A stretch of 63,565 nt of DNA, filler included, from Octopus bimaculoides (GCF_001194135.2; 5 parts of 5 records of this genome joined end to end with filler, not necessarily neighbours in it); one strand, 5' to 3'. Counted from the first letter of the whole stretch, positions 15,414 to 27,481 are shown. Program-made: numbers and translations. Notes: a model not told the origin generated them from the sequence alone.

Positions 15414-17444
15414 GTAAAATATGTGTAGTTTATCCGGTTCAGGCTATATTATTAGCATTATTCTGCGATTGGTAATTCAAAATCACTTCTTTAACTTTGT
15501 AAGACATTTCCACGCTTCTAAAATGCAAACTTTGTTTGTTTACGTTTGTCGTAATTTGAATTTCTATATATAAATATTGAATTTATGATATAAAACCTGA
15601 TTGTATCGGAGGGACGAGTTGGGGAAAACAGATGAAACATGCTTATGACAGAAATTTTGCGAAATATCAGAAGCTGATAGTAACTTAGAGGATCCTATAC
15701 TGGCGTACACTTCATGAGCCATTGAAATACGTTTGCGATGGAATAAAGTTAATGGTGCCAGCAGGTTAGACACATATCATGCATTGAAGTACAAGGGTGA
15801 AATGAAGGAGGGTGAAATTACGGAATCTGCAGAAAAGGTCACAAGGAGAATTGCATAAAGAGAACCTACAAATATTTGCTGGTACTGAGATGAACGTGTG
15901 TATTTGGAATACTCACAGATGTATCTAACGTTAATACTAAATTATTTATTCATAAAGATATCGAAAGTGTATGAAAAGGCGGCCTGTTAGCAAAACCCCA
16001 GCCTCTGGCTGAAACCTGTTACAGGATAAAATAATAAAAGAGAGTTTGTATCAATAAAATCGGCAATATAATGCCCTGAGGCCGTCTGATAATGAGAATT
16101 ATTTTTTTGTGGTGAGAGAATTTTTATCTAATTCACTAACGTTTAAAAGATAGAAATTTTAGAATAGAAATTTTAAAGAAACTTTTATTAATGTAGTTTT
16201 AATTATTAGCATTTAGGGTTTGCCCCATCTACCATTTCAACAGTAATTAGTCATACATATAATGAGTTCTCATTTATAATGTTTGGACGCTTAATTAATT
16301 AAAATGTACTAGATTAAAAAATGCAAAAAGACTAGCGCCCAATTAAGTCTATAAACGTCTGCAGTTTATCTAAAAGCTCTGAAGTATAACCAGCCACAGG
16401 CTTGTATTAATATTTTTTATAAACAATACCAATAATTAATAAATAAATAAGTATATAAGATGTCCTTCTTTAATAAATCATACTCCTTTGGAACTACAGA
16501 CAATCTATTAATGATCAATGCAGTATGGAGTTATATTTGTCCACATGTAACTGTAAACTGCGCAAATGCATCTATCTTTTTGGTCATGTCAATGACGTAT
16601 TCTTACCAGAAAATCATCGACATGCAACATGATTTTATCACTGTGTAACAGTATATTAAAAACAAATATGTTGGAAAATTTTTAGTCCTCTTCATATCAG
16701 TCCTAAAGGATCCTTTCCGTAAAAAAGGCGAATAGTAACTGATACTCCACCAGTAAAAGAAATTGGTAAAACAAACATTCAAAATGCAAGACTACGCCTC
16801 TAAAGGTGTGTTTGCATTCACATATACGTCGAAATCAATTCTCTCTTTGCAACCCCTTGTAAAAGAAACTTCCATAACTATACTGCTTTTATCAGCATTA
16901 GAGCAGAGTGAATTGGATTATATATATAGAGAGAGACTGAATTATATATATATATATATATATATATATNNNNNNNNNNNNNNNNNNNNNNNNNNNNNNN
17001 NNNNNNNNNNNNNTTAATTAATTAANNNNNNNNNNNNNNNNNNNNNNNNNNNNNNNNNNNNNNNNNNNNTTTGATTAATATTATTTGATTAATTATTAAT
17101 CTTTATAGTTTATAATATCGTTAAAGTTTTTTTAAAATCAAAACTTTGTATATATATATATAAAGTTTAACCTTTTATTCTTAATAATTTTTTCTTTCCT
17201 AATTTTTTCATTCATAATTTTTTCCATTCATAATTTTTTCATTCATATTTTTTATTATTACGTTTGTAGAAATAAATAATCTTGTATTTTTCTATTATTC
17301 AATTGATCTTTAATTATAATTAAATAAACGTCTTTAGCTTTAAATAGTATAGCTTTAACTATTACACCGGTTAAATATGTACTAATTTTATTTTCATTAT
17401 TATTTTAAACTTAAACTTCGTTCAACTATATATATACATACATA

Positions 17445-18160
17445 TATGGAAACATGGCATCTAGCGTTGTCCTGAAGGAAGACGACATCCTTCTGGACAT
17501 TTTTCATCGATTGCCTCCTTTAATTGGTCTTAATGAGGATAATAAGTGTCTGAATTCAATGTCTGATTTTGCGAAAGAAGTCGTAATACACAATACACTT
17601 ATAATTCCATCAAAGCATCACCGTCGTATACTGACCGACTTTTGGAATGATTAAAGGTAGTTTATTTCGTTTCTTCCGGAGCTGTTTTACTTCATATTGT
17701 AGCAAACACTCCATTTTTCATTACCAGTAATTGTTCTTTGTAAAAATGAGTCGCCGTTTTTACTGCATTTGAGCAGGGTGTCGCAGACGGAAATGCGGCC
17801 CGTTAAATTATGAGACATCCAAACATCATAGCAATACACTTACCCAAGTGTTTTCATATGCCTTATAACACTCATAAAAGGTATGTGGAATAGCTTTGTA
17901 ATGTCCCGTGTCGTATAACCTGGATTGTGTTTGATTAATGTTTCGATTTCGGCATCATCAACGACTGTAGGCCTGCTGGAATTCAAGGTCTTCCAGATGA
18001 AAATTTTCATTCCTAAACCAAGCGAACTACTTACAAACGCATTCCTCTCAGGTATGGCTTTATTTCAATAAACTGCATATATCTTTTTTGCAGTTTGTAC
18101 AGCGTTTTTTTCCTTTCCAGAAATAACAGAGCATTAAATGACGAAAATGTATTTAATTTT
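17445..18160 (-). mobile_element. Decayed mariner (Tc1/mariner) transposase
   Basis: The minus strand reads HFRHLMLCYFWKGKNAVQTAKKICAVY ... RPTVVDDAEIETLIKHNPGYTTRDI ... VWMSHNL ... and QKDVVFLQDNARCH (mariner DNARPH motif), with frameshifts. Confidence 0.85.
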
Positions 18161-18219
18161 CCTCCATTTCCACGTAAAATAATAAAAATAAACTTTCAGC
18201 ATATATACATACACACACA

Positions 18220-18256
<37 letters not shown>

Positions 18257-18379
18257 TAGCCTCTTGTAATTCGTTAAAGACGGTTCTGCAATTTCTGGTT
18301 GAACGAGCTGCACAAATGGTCTATTTAAGGTAATCAACTGTATGTGCTGTACATCATATACTGTCATCAAATCGACGTT

Positions 18380-18525
18380 GCCTGAACAGGTGCATGGTGT
18401 ACCACACGTCAGTTAGTGAAGTGATCGCAGAACAACGTGAGCACAACGTACTACACGGTCAGGAATTGAAACCACGATCTTGTGATCGTGAGTGCAACAC
18501 TCTCACTACTAGCCTAAGAGCCCTC
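18380..18525 (-). mobile_element. tRNA-derived SINE 5' fragment
   Basis: Reverse complement carries a tRNA-like head (TAGTAGTGAGAGTGTTGCACTCACGATCAC...GTGGTTTCAATTCC) related to the SINEs at 48824-49138 and 59382-59698. Confidence 0.65.
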
Positions 18526-18871
18526 ATATATATATNNNNNNNNNNNNNNNNNNNNNNNNNNNNNNNNNNNNNNNNNNNNNNNNNNNNNNNNNNNNNNNNN
18601 NNNNNNNNNNNNNNNNNNNNNNNNNNNNNNNNNNNNNNNNNNNNNNNNNNNACATATATACACACACCTACCTTTTTGCGTATCTATCTATCTACCTCCC
18701 TTGTAATACTCCTTTGTATAAGGTTAAAAAACATTGAGCTGAAGTATATGCTCATGACACAGCACAGCTATAATAAGTACACTCAGCATACAATTATAAT
18801 TCGCTAAAATATACATCTGGTCGTTGATATATAAATCAAACAACTGAATTGCAAATTCCAGTGACAAATCT

Positions 18872-19240
18872 GAGCAGACGGTGTTCCTCTGTGAAGTGGC
18901 TATGGCGAAAGAAGTGTGGTGAATGAAGCTGAAAGGATTGAAGAAAGATACCTTCCTCTTCGGTCAAGCTCTCAGCGACTTTTTAAAGTTCCATTTGGAA
19001 AGGAAACTGAGGGTCGATAGGAAAATGTTCTCTGCCAGTCAATTTGCCAAAAGATGGGTAATTGTGGAAAAATGGTTAGGATGAATGGATCTGCTCTAAG
19101 CACGAGCATGTAAACAGTTGGGTGAGGGCTTATGCGCTCACAACCTTAGTGAATCAGTGGGGTTCCTTGATTGGTTTTTCGGTATGAGGACGACTGCATC
19201 ATACATGTGTTCAGATGTTTTGTAAATTAGCCTTGTAATG
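18872..19240 (+). mobile_element. Possible Tx1/L1-type LINE ORF2 C-terminus plus 3' UTR
   Basis: EQTVFLCEVAMAKEVW*MKLKG...FLKFHLERKLRVDRKMFSASQFAKRWV resembles the C-terminal end of Tx1-clade ORF2 (..W..R....L..ER......F..RW). Confidence 0.45.
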
Positions 19241-19584
19241 TGCCCCTCATCTGGTGCCCCTGTAGCAAATAAATGAAATCATCCTGTATACTAGAAATAG
19301 TCAGCAAGTCACTCCAACGACATTCCATTCGAAAGATTAGTTTACGAAGGTGTAGGAACTTTAACATTGAATTTAGGATCATTACTGTTCTGAACGGCCA
19401 ATAATTTCATAGAAAAATTTGAAGAGACTTGATCAAAATCATGAAATTAGGATACTAGTGTATTTTCAATAAAACACCAACTTACGAGGACCAACTGAAA
19501 TAGACTGACCAAGATACTCTCATGAAGTTTATTTTTCATTAAAGTGTGTTGATCGCAAGAGCCCCCACACTACCTCCATCGGTA

Positions 19585-20018
19585 GTCCGCCATTTTTTCT
19601 GATCAGCTTTGCATTTCTAACCTTTCAATAAACCGATAAATAGCAATAAATAGCAAAGAAACCAATGAACTAAACTATATTTATTGAATCATGTATAACA
19701 ACAACAAATCTCTCCCTTCTCTTCCATACTCAATGTTTCCTTCGGTGGCGCAGCAGTTGCAAGACGTCCAGACGTCGGGTCATCTTCATTTAACTGTTAA
19801 ATTTAACTGCTCACTTTCTTCATCATTTTGTTTCTTTTTATGTTTAAAACATGCCACTTTTTCTCTCTCTGTCCGCCATTTTTTCTGATCAGCTTTGCAT
19901 TTCTAACCTTTCAATAAACCGATAAATAGCAATAAATAGCAAAGAAACCAATGAACTAAACTATATTTATTGAATCATGTATAACAACAACAAATCTCTC
20001 CCTTCTCTTCCATACTCA
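19585..20018. repeat. 148-bp direct repeat (19585-19732 and 19871-20018) flanking a 138-bp spacer
   Basis: The two copies look identical by eye (GTCCGCCATTTTTTCTGATC...CTTCCATACTCA). Confidence 0.9.
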
Positions 20019-22308
20019 TGTATTTATTATTCAAGTTTGTATGAAGTGGTCAAATGTTAACTCTCTCGAACACCCAGGAAGAATCATACAGTTATTGTTA
20101 CTATGGATGGAGATGGTCCTGTTGAAACTTGTTTCTCTTAGAATCAAGGTAATGTATCTTTCTAGAATCTTCGACAATAAAAAATTATTTCCAATGACAT
20201 ATATAGTAAAATCAACCACCTCAGCCACATAAAAAAATACTATAAAACACTAAATTGAAATAATAACAAATCGATAATCTTGTACAAAACATTCGATTTG
20301 TTATGATGGGAAACACGGTAAGATAGATCTAATAAGAGATAATTACGTATTTATGTACACACACACACACACACAGACACACACACACATTTATATATAC
20401 GTTATATATATTTATACACATATATATGTACATGCACTCACACACATATGCATGCACTTACACTCACAAATACGCATAACAAACGCGTGTACGCAGATGG
20501 GCATAGAGATAACAGATGCTATAAATACGGATGCTTATTTGTAAACGTCACAAATTAAGAAGAGCTTTATTCTCAATCAGAATCTTTTGCGCTCGTCGAA
20601 AACTGAGAGCAACTCTCTATAAATACACACCGAAAACATATCGACACATATATAGCTGAAGAGATTCATGAATATATCCAAATGCAAAACACAATCGCAG
20701 ACATGAGAGGCAACATAATGGTTGCAATTTTAATGTTATATTTGAAAATTGAAGGTAAGAATATAGAAATGTTCCTTTCCTGAGCGTCCAATAATACTAT
20801 CCATATCACGTCCTCACTTTGTTGTTTTTTTGTTTTTTTGTTATTGTGTTTTTGAACTATATATATATATATATTTGTGAAAAAAAAAAAAGAATCCCCT
20901 CGAATATTTTTGTTATTTTGGCAGGTCTTGTTATCTAATTACTAATGGTTATCTAATTACTAATAAACGAATGAATTGTTGATAAATGATCTTAAATGCG
21001 CGCACAAACATGTTCCCCACACACACATACACACACGCATATATGACACACACACACACACACACACACACACANNNNNNNNNNNNNNNNNNNNNNNNNN
21101 NNNNNNNNNNNNNNNNNNNNNNNNNNNNNNNNNNNNNNNNNNNNNNNNNNNNNNNNNNNNNNNNNNNNNNNNNNNNNNNNNNNNNNNNNNNNNNNNNNNN
21201 NNNNNNNNNNNNNNNNNNNNNNNNNNNNNNNNNNNNNNNNNNNNNNNNNNNNNNNNNNNNNNNNNNNNNNNNNNNNNNNNNNNNNNNNNNNNNNNNNNNN
21301 NNNNNNNNNNNNNNNNNNNNNNNNNNNNNNNNNNNNNNNNNNNNNNNNNNNNNNNNNNNNNNNNNNNNNNNNNNNNNNNNNNNNNNNNNNNNNNNNNNNN
21401 NNNNNNNNNNNNNNNNNNNNNNNNNNNNNNNNNNNNNNNNNNNNNNNNNNNNNNNNNNNNNNNNNNNNNNNNNNNNNNNNNNNNNNNNNNNNNNNNNNNN
21501 NNNNNNNNNNNNNNNNNNNNNNNNNNNNNNNNNNNNNNNNNNNNNNNNNNNNNNNNNNNNNNNNNNNNNNNNNNNNNNNNNNNNNNNNNNNNNNNNNNNN
21601 NNNNNNNNNNNNNNNNNNNNNNNNNNNNNNNNNNNNNNNNNNNNNNNNNNNNNNNNNNNNNNNNNNNNNNNNNNNNNNNNNNNNNNNNNNNNNNNNNNNN
21701 NNNNNNNNNNNNNNNNNNNNNNNNNNNNNNNNNNNNNNNNNNNNNNNNNNNNNNNNNNNNNNNNNNNNNNNNNNNNNNNNNNNNNNNNNNNNNNNNNNNN
21801 NNNNNNNNNNNNNNNNNNNNNNNNNNNNNNNNNNNNNNNNNNCACACAAACACTGGTTGACAAGCGATGGTCACACACACACACACATATCTATATGAAA
21901 TTAGATATTAAATTCTTTTGTTTTCAAAATATTATCGTTCACTTAACATATATGTAGATGTTATGTGAAAGAGAATATATATATATACATATATATATAT
22001 GTATATATATACATATACATATACACACACGCACATACACACTTCCATTATATTCTTTCGTTTTTGTTCATTTTTCTATGCTTGCCAATTACAAGCCCTT
22101 ATTTCCTTTCCCAAGTAAAGGATAAAATATCTTATTGATTACATCGATCTAAAAAATGTAAACAAATATGTGCGTGCACATACATTCACACACTCACGCA
22201 CGCATATACACATATGTATATGTATGCACGTCCATAGGTATATATAGATATGTATGCGTATGCATGAGTGTATATACATACATTACACACACACACATGC
22301 ACACACAC

Positions 22309-22355
<47 letters not shown>

Positions 22356-22759
22356 NNNNNNNNNNNNNNNNNNNNNNNNNNNNNNNNNNNNNNNNNNNNN
22401 NNNNNNNNNNNNNNNNNNNNNNNNNNNNNNNNNNNNNNNNNNNNNNNNNNNNNNNNNNNNNNNNNNNNNNNNNNNNNNNNNNNNNNNNNNNNNNNNNNNN
22501 NNNNNNNNNNNNNNNNNNNNNNNNNNNNNNNNNNNNNNNNNNNNNNNNNNNNNNNNNNNNNNNNNNNNNNNNNNNNNNNNNNNNNNNNNNNNNNNNNNNN
22601 NNNNNNNNNNNNNNNNNNNNNNNNNNNNNNNNNNNNNNNNNNNNNNNNNNNNNNNNNNNNNNNNNNNNNNNNNNNNNNNNNNNNNNNNNNNNNNNNNNNN
22701 NNNNNNNNNNNNNNNNNNNNNNNNNNNNNNNNNNNNNNNNNNNNNNNNNNNNNNNNNNN

Positions 22760-22804
<45 letters not shown>

Positions 22805-23094
22805 CATATATACTAACAGAAATACCCAGTGTTTCCCGTGTTAAAGACAGTAATGAAATTTAAAAACGCCGTCTCGATTACGCAGGTCTCAACTACTAGC
22901 AGCTGAGATACCAACTTTCTACATTAATAACTCTACAACCCATGCCAGCATGGAATATAGACGTTAAGTGAAATGTTAAAAGAAAGTCTTCAACTCATAT
23001 GTATATAAAGTAAATACATGTAATTCAAAAACACGTTTGTGTAGCTTATTTCGTAATCAAAAAACAGGTACAGATTATAAACAATGAAAGGTCG

Positions 23095-23710
23095 ATTTTG
23101 GTGATTCATTTGACAGAGGTACTAGAGAGCCAATCCGATGGTAAATCTGATCTTGGGTCTTGAAAGTTTGCATGAATCCTGGCTCAGTTAAATCTCTTGT
23201 GACTCCAAATGATGTCATCGTTGTATTGTCTAATTTTGTTTTGGAAGTGCTTGGAATCTTGGTCAGTTGATGACAACAGTTTCTTCAATGGCTCTGGAGG
23301 TTGGGGGTTGCAGGGAGTTTAACTTTTCCACCACTGCAGCTCAGTGCAGGTGTCTCTCCAGGCCACTCCCTTGCTTTACAATGTATACACTCAGCTATCA
23401 TTGCACCAATGGATACTCTAGTATCATCTGCATAATGAACTGCTGTATCATAATTAAAAGCTGCTCCATAAGAGTTATTTCTCTGAGCTGTTGCAACTGC
23501 TCTTCGTTCTACAGTGGAGATTCTATTCCTTGTCAGCCGTGTATTCTTCTGTTCATCACTGAGACGCTCTGGCTTTTGTAGTGCACAGTCTGTTCGTTTC
23601 TTGGTATGCTTCTCTTTCTGCAGCTGTTTCTCTTTCCCTGGACCGAGACATTCTTTGGGCAGACCTTGACATTGTAGACAAATTTGACACTTCCCTTCTA
23701 GGCATGGTTA
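23095..23710 (-). mobile_element. Helitron RepHel N-terminal fragment (decayed)
   Basis: The minus strand reads AFNYDTAVHY...SIGAMIAECIHCKAREWPGETPALSCSGGKVKLP...PPEPLKKLL...SKHFQNKIRQYN..MTSFG...F.QTFK.Q.QIYHRIGSLVP, the conserved Zn-finger-like and GQ(I/V)YH.IGSL region upstream of the Helitron Rep domain. Confidence 0.9.
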
Positions 23711-24454
23711 TATACGTATACAGAAATACATGGGTGCAGAAGATAGTAAACAATGAAAATAACTGGGTAACGGAAATTATATTTCTTAATATGACGGACA
23801 GAAAGTAAATAAGAAATCTTTACGGAAAATAAAGAATTGTACAGATTGAAGCGAAATTTGTCAGTGAACCAAGAGCCAGTATTGAAAGAACCAGAAAAAA
23901 GCCGTTAACAACAGAAGAACACAAAACCGTTGCAAAAGTAAATAAGAAATATTTAACGAAATTAACTAAGTCTACGGATTTATCTGAAATTTTTGAAGTT
24001 ACTTCTGTCAGTAACTTACTTTTATCAGTAATTTCTACAAAAAAAAAAAAAAAAAAAAAAATTACAAAACGCTGCGAAAGTAAATAAGAATTTTGTAGGC
24101 AAATTTAACGAAGTGTACGGATTGAAATGAAATTTATGAAGTTATTTCTGTCAGCAAATTATGTATGAAATTACTTTCATCAGTAATTGTGAACTTCTTT
24201 CTGTCAGTAATTTGTCGTTGTTGCTTGTAAATGGCGATTGAAAACTTACAGTGAAAACAATAGCGACTGTACTTAATAGCGATTGAACTTGTGGCTTGCA
24301 TAACAGACATGAAATGCTCTAGTTTCATGCCAACGTCTGGTGTGGAGAGACATTTCGGACAGTCCTGTCTGAGGATCTCTTTTTGGATCGATTTCCAGTC
24401 CGCTCTGTGGCAGTTCAGACTGGAGAGATTTCAGGTGCTTTCTTTAGGCTGAAT

Positions 24455-24555
24455 GTCTCAGGCTACTTTTGGTCCATACATAGACATAGTTCCGGGTTCA
24501 GTTCCACTGCGTGGCACCGTGGACAAGTGTCTTGTACTATAGCCTCGGGCAACTG
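24455..24555 (+). mobile_element. tRNA-derived SINE head fragment (family of 52571)
   Basis: CATAGTTCCGGGTTCAGTTCCACTGCGTGGCACC..GGACAAGTGTCTT.TACTATAGCCTCGGGC matches the copies at 52571 and 63305. Confidence 0.75.
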
Positions 24556-24871
24556 TTTTGTCGAAGGCGTATCTTGTCGTGAATTGCTCGAAATACGGAG
24601 TAGAAAAACAGCTGACAGCTGATGAAGGGTCGTTCTTTATGTTGTTTGTCTTGTTTTCCATTTGTTTCTTTTGTTGTTCGCAAAAAAAGTTCGTATTCCA
24701 TGTTTTCGTAATTTCGATTTCATGTTGTTTACGTTCTTTGACGTTCTGTACCCACATATGCATATGTATATACATATATATCTAGGTATGTACATATATG
24801 TATAAATGCATATATGTATTATTTATACTATTATATGATTGAACGCCAAGCATCCATTTCCAAGAAAGATT

Positions 24872-24909
<38 letters not shown>

Positions 24910-25192
24910 TTAAAGATTATTTTCCAGCATAACGTGGCAGTCCTGGATGGGACGAATGTTGATGCTTAGCTCCAGGAAACATCGTTTCCAGCTGGCTATA
25001 CGACACAATATCTTATATTTTTGAACAGGGAAGCTCAGCACTCCTATCCAGCACAAAGGAACATCTGTGGACTGGTTCCTGGGTTATTGCTATTTATCAG
25101 CACAGAGTAGCTGCTCGTCTTGACGGTGCTGCTGAATTCCCGTTCGAAAATATATAATTTTCAAAGTGACACACAGTTACTGACCTTATAAA

Positions 25193-25517
25193 TAGAAACA
25201 TTAATATCTCTAAATCTCTCGAAGAGAAATATTCAGTAACAATACTTTACAGTAAAGACTGTTTGCCAATATAATGTGGAAGACCCAGATGGGACGAATG
25301 TTACTGTTGTTTAGCCCCAAGAAACGTCGTTTCCACCTGACTATACGACACAATATCTGTGTCCTTAGATTTTCGAACAGGGGAGCACAAAGCAACATCT
25401 GTGGACCGGTTTCTGGGTTATTGCTATTTATCAGCACGGAATAGCGCCGTCTAGCCGAGCAGCTATTCTGTTACTGAATATCTCTCTTTGAGAGATTTAG
25501 AAATGATTATGTTTCTT
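25193..25517. mobile_element. MITE-like non-autonomous element with ~48-bp terminal inverted repeats
   Basis: 25194-25241 and 25469-25516 are inverted (about 42/48 identical). The internal sequence is repeated at 24910-25140 and, partly inverted, at 26440-26695. Confidence 0.65.
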
Positions 25518-25570
25518 TATTTACATTATTTACATTTGACGGATATTTGTCCTCATCTTATTTGTTGTTA

Positions 25571-25614
25571 ACACAACGTTTCGGCTGATAAACCCTCCAG
25601 CCTTCATCAGGTGT
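25571..25614 (-). ncRNA. Minimal type I hammerhead ribozyme motif (Penelope-type), copy 1
   Basis: Reverse complement: ACAC-CTGATGA-A-GGCTG(gagggtttat)CAGCC-GAAA-CGTT-GTGT. Intact core, 5-bp stem II, palindromic AACGTT stem III, 4-bp stem I. Confidence 0.7.
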
Positions 25615-25644
25615 CTTAGGAAAATTTCGAATCTGGGTTCTCAT

Positions 25645-25776
25645 TTCTTCTTCTTCTTCTTCTTCTTCTTCTTCTTCTTCTTCTTCTTCTTCTTCTTCTT
25701 CTTCTTCTTCTTCTTCTTCTTCTTCTTCTTCTTCTTCTTCTTCTTCTTCTTCTTCTTCTTCTTCTTCTTCTTCTTC
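25645..25776 (+). repeat. (TTC)n microsatellite
   Basis: Directly visible; source of the poly-R ORF 25616-25813. Confidence 0.97.
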
Positions 25777-25975
25777 TTTCTTGAATATAACATTCTATGT
25801 GTATTCCATACAATAAGGTTATCCTGAAATAGGAGTTGCGGTTCTATTGGTAAAACCCCAAATTTGTAATATTATATATATATTATTTACATTATTTACA
25901 TTTAACGGATATTTGTCCTCATCTTGTTTGTTGTTAACACAAACTTTCGGCTTAACCACTACGCCATATGCCCAC

Positions 25976-26046
25976 GAGCATATAGCGTAGTGGTTAAGAG
26001 CGCGGGCTACTAACCCCAAGATTCCGAATTCGATTCCAGGCAGTTA

Positions 26047-26106
<60 letters not shown>

Positions 26107-26290
26107 CATCGAAAAATACTTTAGTAATGAGAACCCAGATTCGAAATTTCCCCAAGACACCTGATGAAGGCTGGAGGGTATATCAGCCGAAACGTTGTGT
26201 TAACAACAAACAAGTTGAGGACAAATATCCGTCAAATGTAAATAATGTAAATAATGTACATAATTCCTCATCTCTTAGACATAGAACTGA
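25976..26290 (+). mobile_element. tRNA-headed SINE-like element: head + (AAT)n linker + Penelope pLTR-like tail
   Basis: A box TAGCGTAGTGG (25983-25993), B box GAATTCGATTCC (26026-26037), (AAT)n 26051-26103, then a tail also present inverted at 25520-25645, partially at 25880-25952, and as a remnant near 40005-40035. Confidence 0.7.
26157..26200 (+). ncRNA. Minimal type I hammerhead ribozyme motif (Penelope-type), copy 2
   Basis: ACAC(26157-60) CTGATGA(26161-67) A GGCTG(26169-73) loop CAGCC(26184-88) GAAA(26189-92) CGTT GTGT(26197-200). Predicted GUU cleavage triplet, cutting after 26196. Confidence 0.7.
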
Positions 26291-26713
26291 ATTATGTTTC
26301 TATTTACGCATGCATACATACATACATACACACATACATACATACATATATGTATATATATGTGTACATATATATATGTACATGTATATGTGACTCTTAC
26401 TAAATGTTTTGAGTGACGCTTTCTCTTTTTCGTGTGTGAGTTTCGACCGGTTTCTGGGATATTGCTCTTCATCAGCACAGAGTAGCTGCTGGGCTAGACG
26501 GTGCTGCAGATGTTGCTTTGTGTTGGATGGACATAGATATTGTGTCGTATAGCCAGTTGGAAACGACGTTTCCTGGGGCTAAACAACAGTAACATTCTAG
26601 GACTGCCGCATTATGTTGGCAAATATTCTTTACTTTAAAGTACTGTTACTGCATGTCTCTTGTTGAGAGATTTAGAAATGATAAAGTTTCTATTTACATA
26701 TATATATATATTC

Positions 26714-26744
<31 letters not shown>

Positions 26745-26746
26745 CA

Positions 26747-26777
<31 letters not shown>

Positions 26778-27481
26778 GTANNNNNNNNNNNNNNNNNNNN
26801 NNNNNNNNNNNNNNNNNNNNNNNNNNNNNNNNNNNNNNNNNNNNNNNNNNNNNNNNNNNNNNNNNNNNNNNNNNNNNNNNNNNNNNNNNNNNNNNNNNNN
26901 NNNNNNNNNNNNNNNNNNNNNNNNNNNNNNNNNNNNNNNNNNNNNNNNNNNNNNNNNNNNNNNNNNNNNNNNNNNNNNNNNNNNNNNNNNNNNNNNNNNN
27001 NNNNNNNNNNNNNNNNNNNNNNNNNNNNNNNNNNNNNNNNNNNNNNNNNNNNNNNNNNNNNNNNNNNNNNNNNNNNNNNNNNNNNNNNNNNNNNNNNNNN
27101 NNNNNNNNNNNNNNNNNNNNNNNNNNNNNNNNNNNNNNNNNNNNNNNNNNNNNNNNNNNNNNNNNNNNNNNNNNNNNNNNNNNNNNNNNNNNNNNNNNNN
27201 NNNNNNNNNNNNNNNNNNNNNNNNNNNNNNNNNNNNNNNNNNNNNNNNNNNNNNNNNNNNNNNNNNNNNNNNNNNNNNNNNNNNNNNNNNNNNNNNNNNN
27301 NNNNNNNNNNNNNNNNNNNNNNNNNNNNNNNNNNNNNNNNNNNNNNNNNNNNNNNNNNNNNNNNNNNNNNNNNNNNNNNNNNNNNNNNNNNNNNNNNNNN
27401 NNNNNNNNNNNNNNNNNNNNNNNNNNNNNNNNNNNNNNNNNNNNNNNNNNNNNNNNNNNNNNNNNNNNNNNNNNNNNNNNN

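Noticed and set aside
24585-24630. GAAA...CTGATGAAGGG arrangement as a type II hammerhead
   Set aside because: Stems I and III cannot be formed with the required A-U pair and UH site.
25616-25813. Poly-arginine ORF
   Set aside because: Translation of a (GAA)n microsatellite.
25976-26050. Apparent tRNA gene (Ser-like)
   Set aside because: The acceptor stem does not close and it runs into (AAT)n and a repeat tail, so it is a SINE head. The same applies to the other tRNA-like heads.
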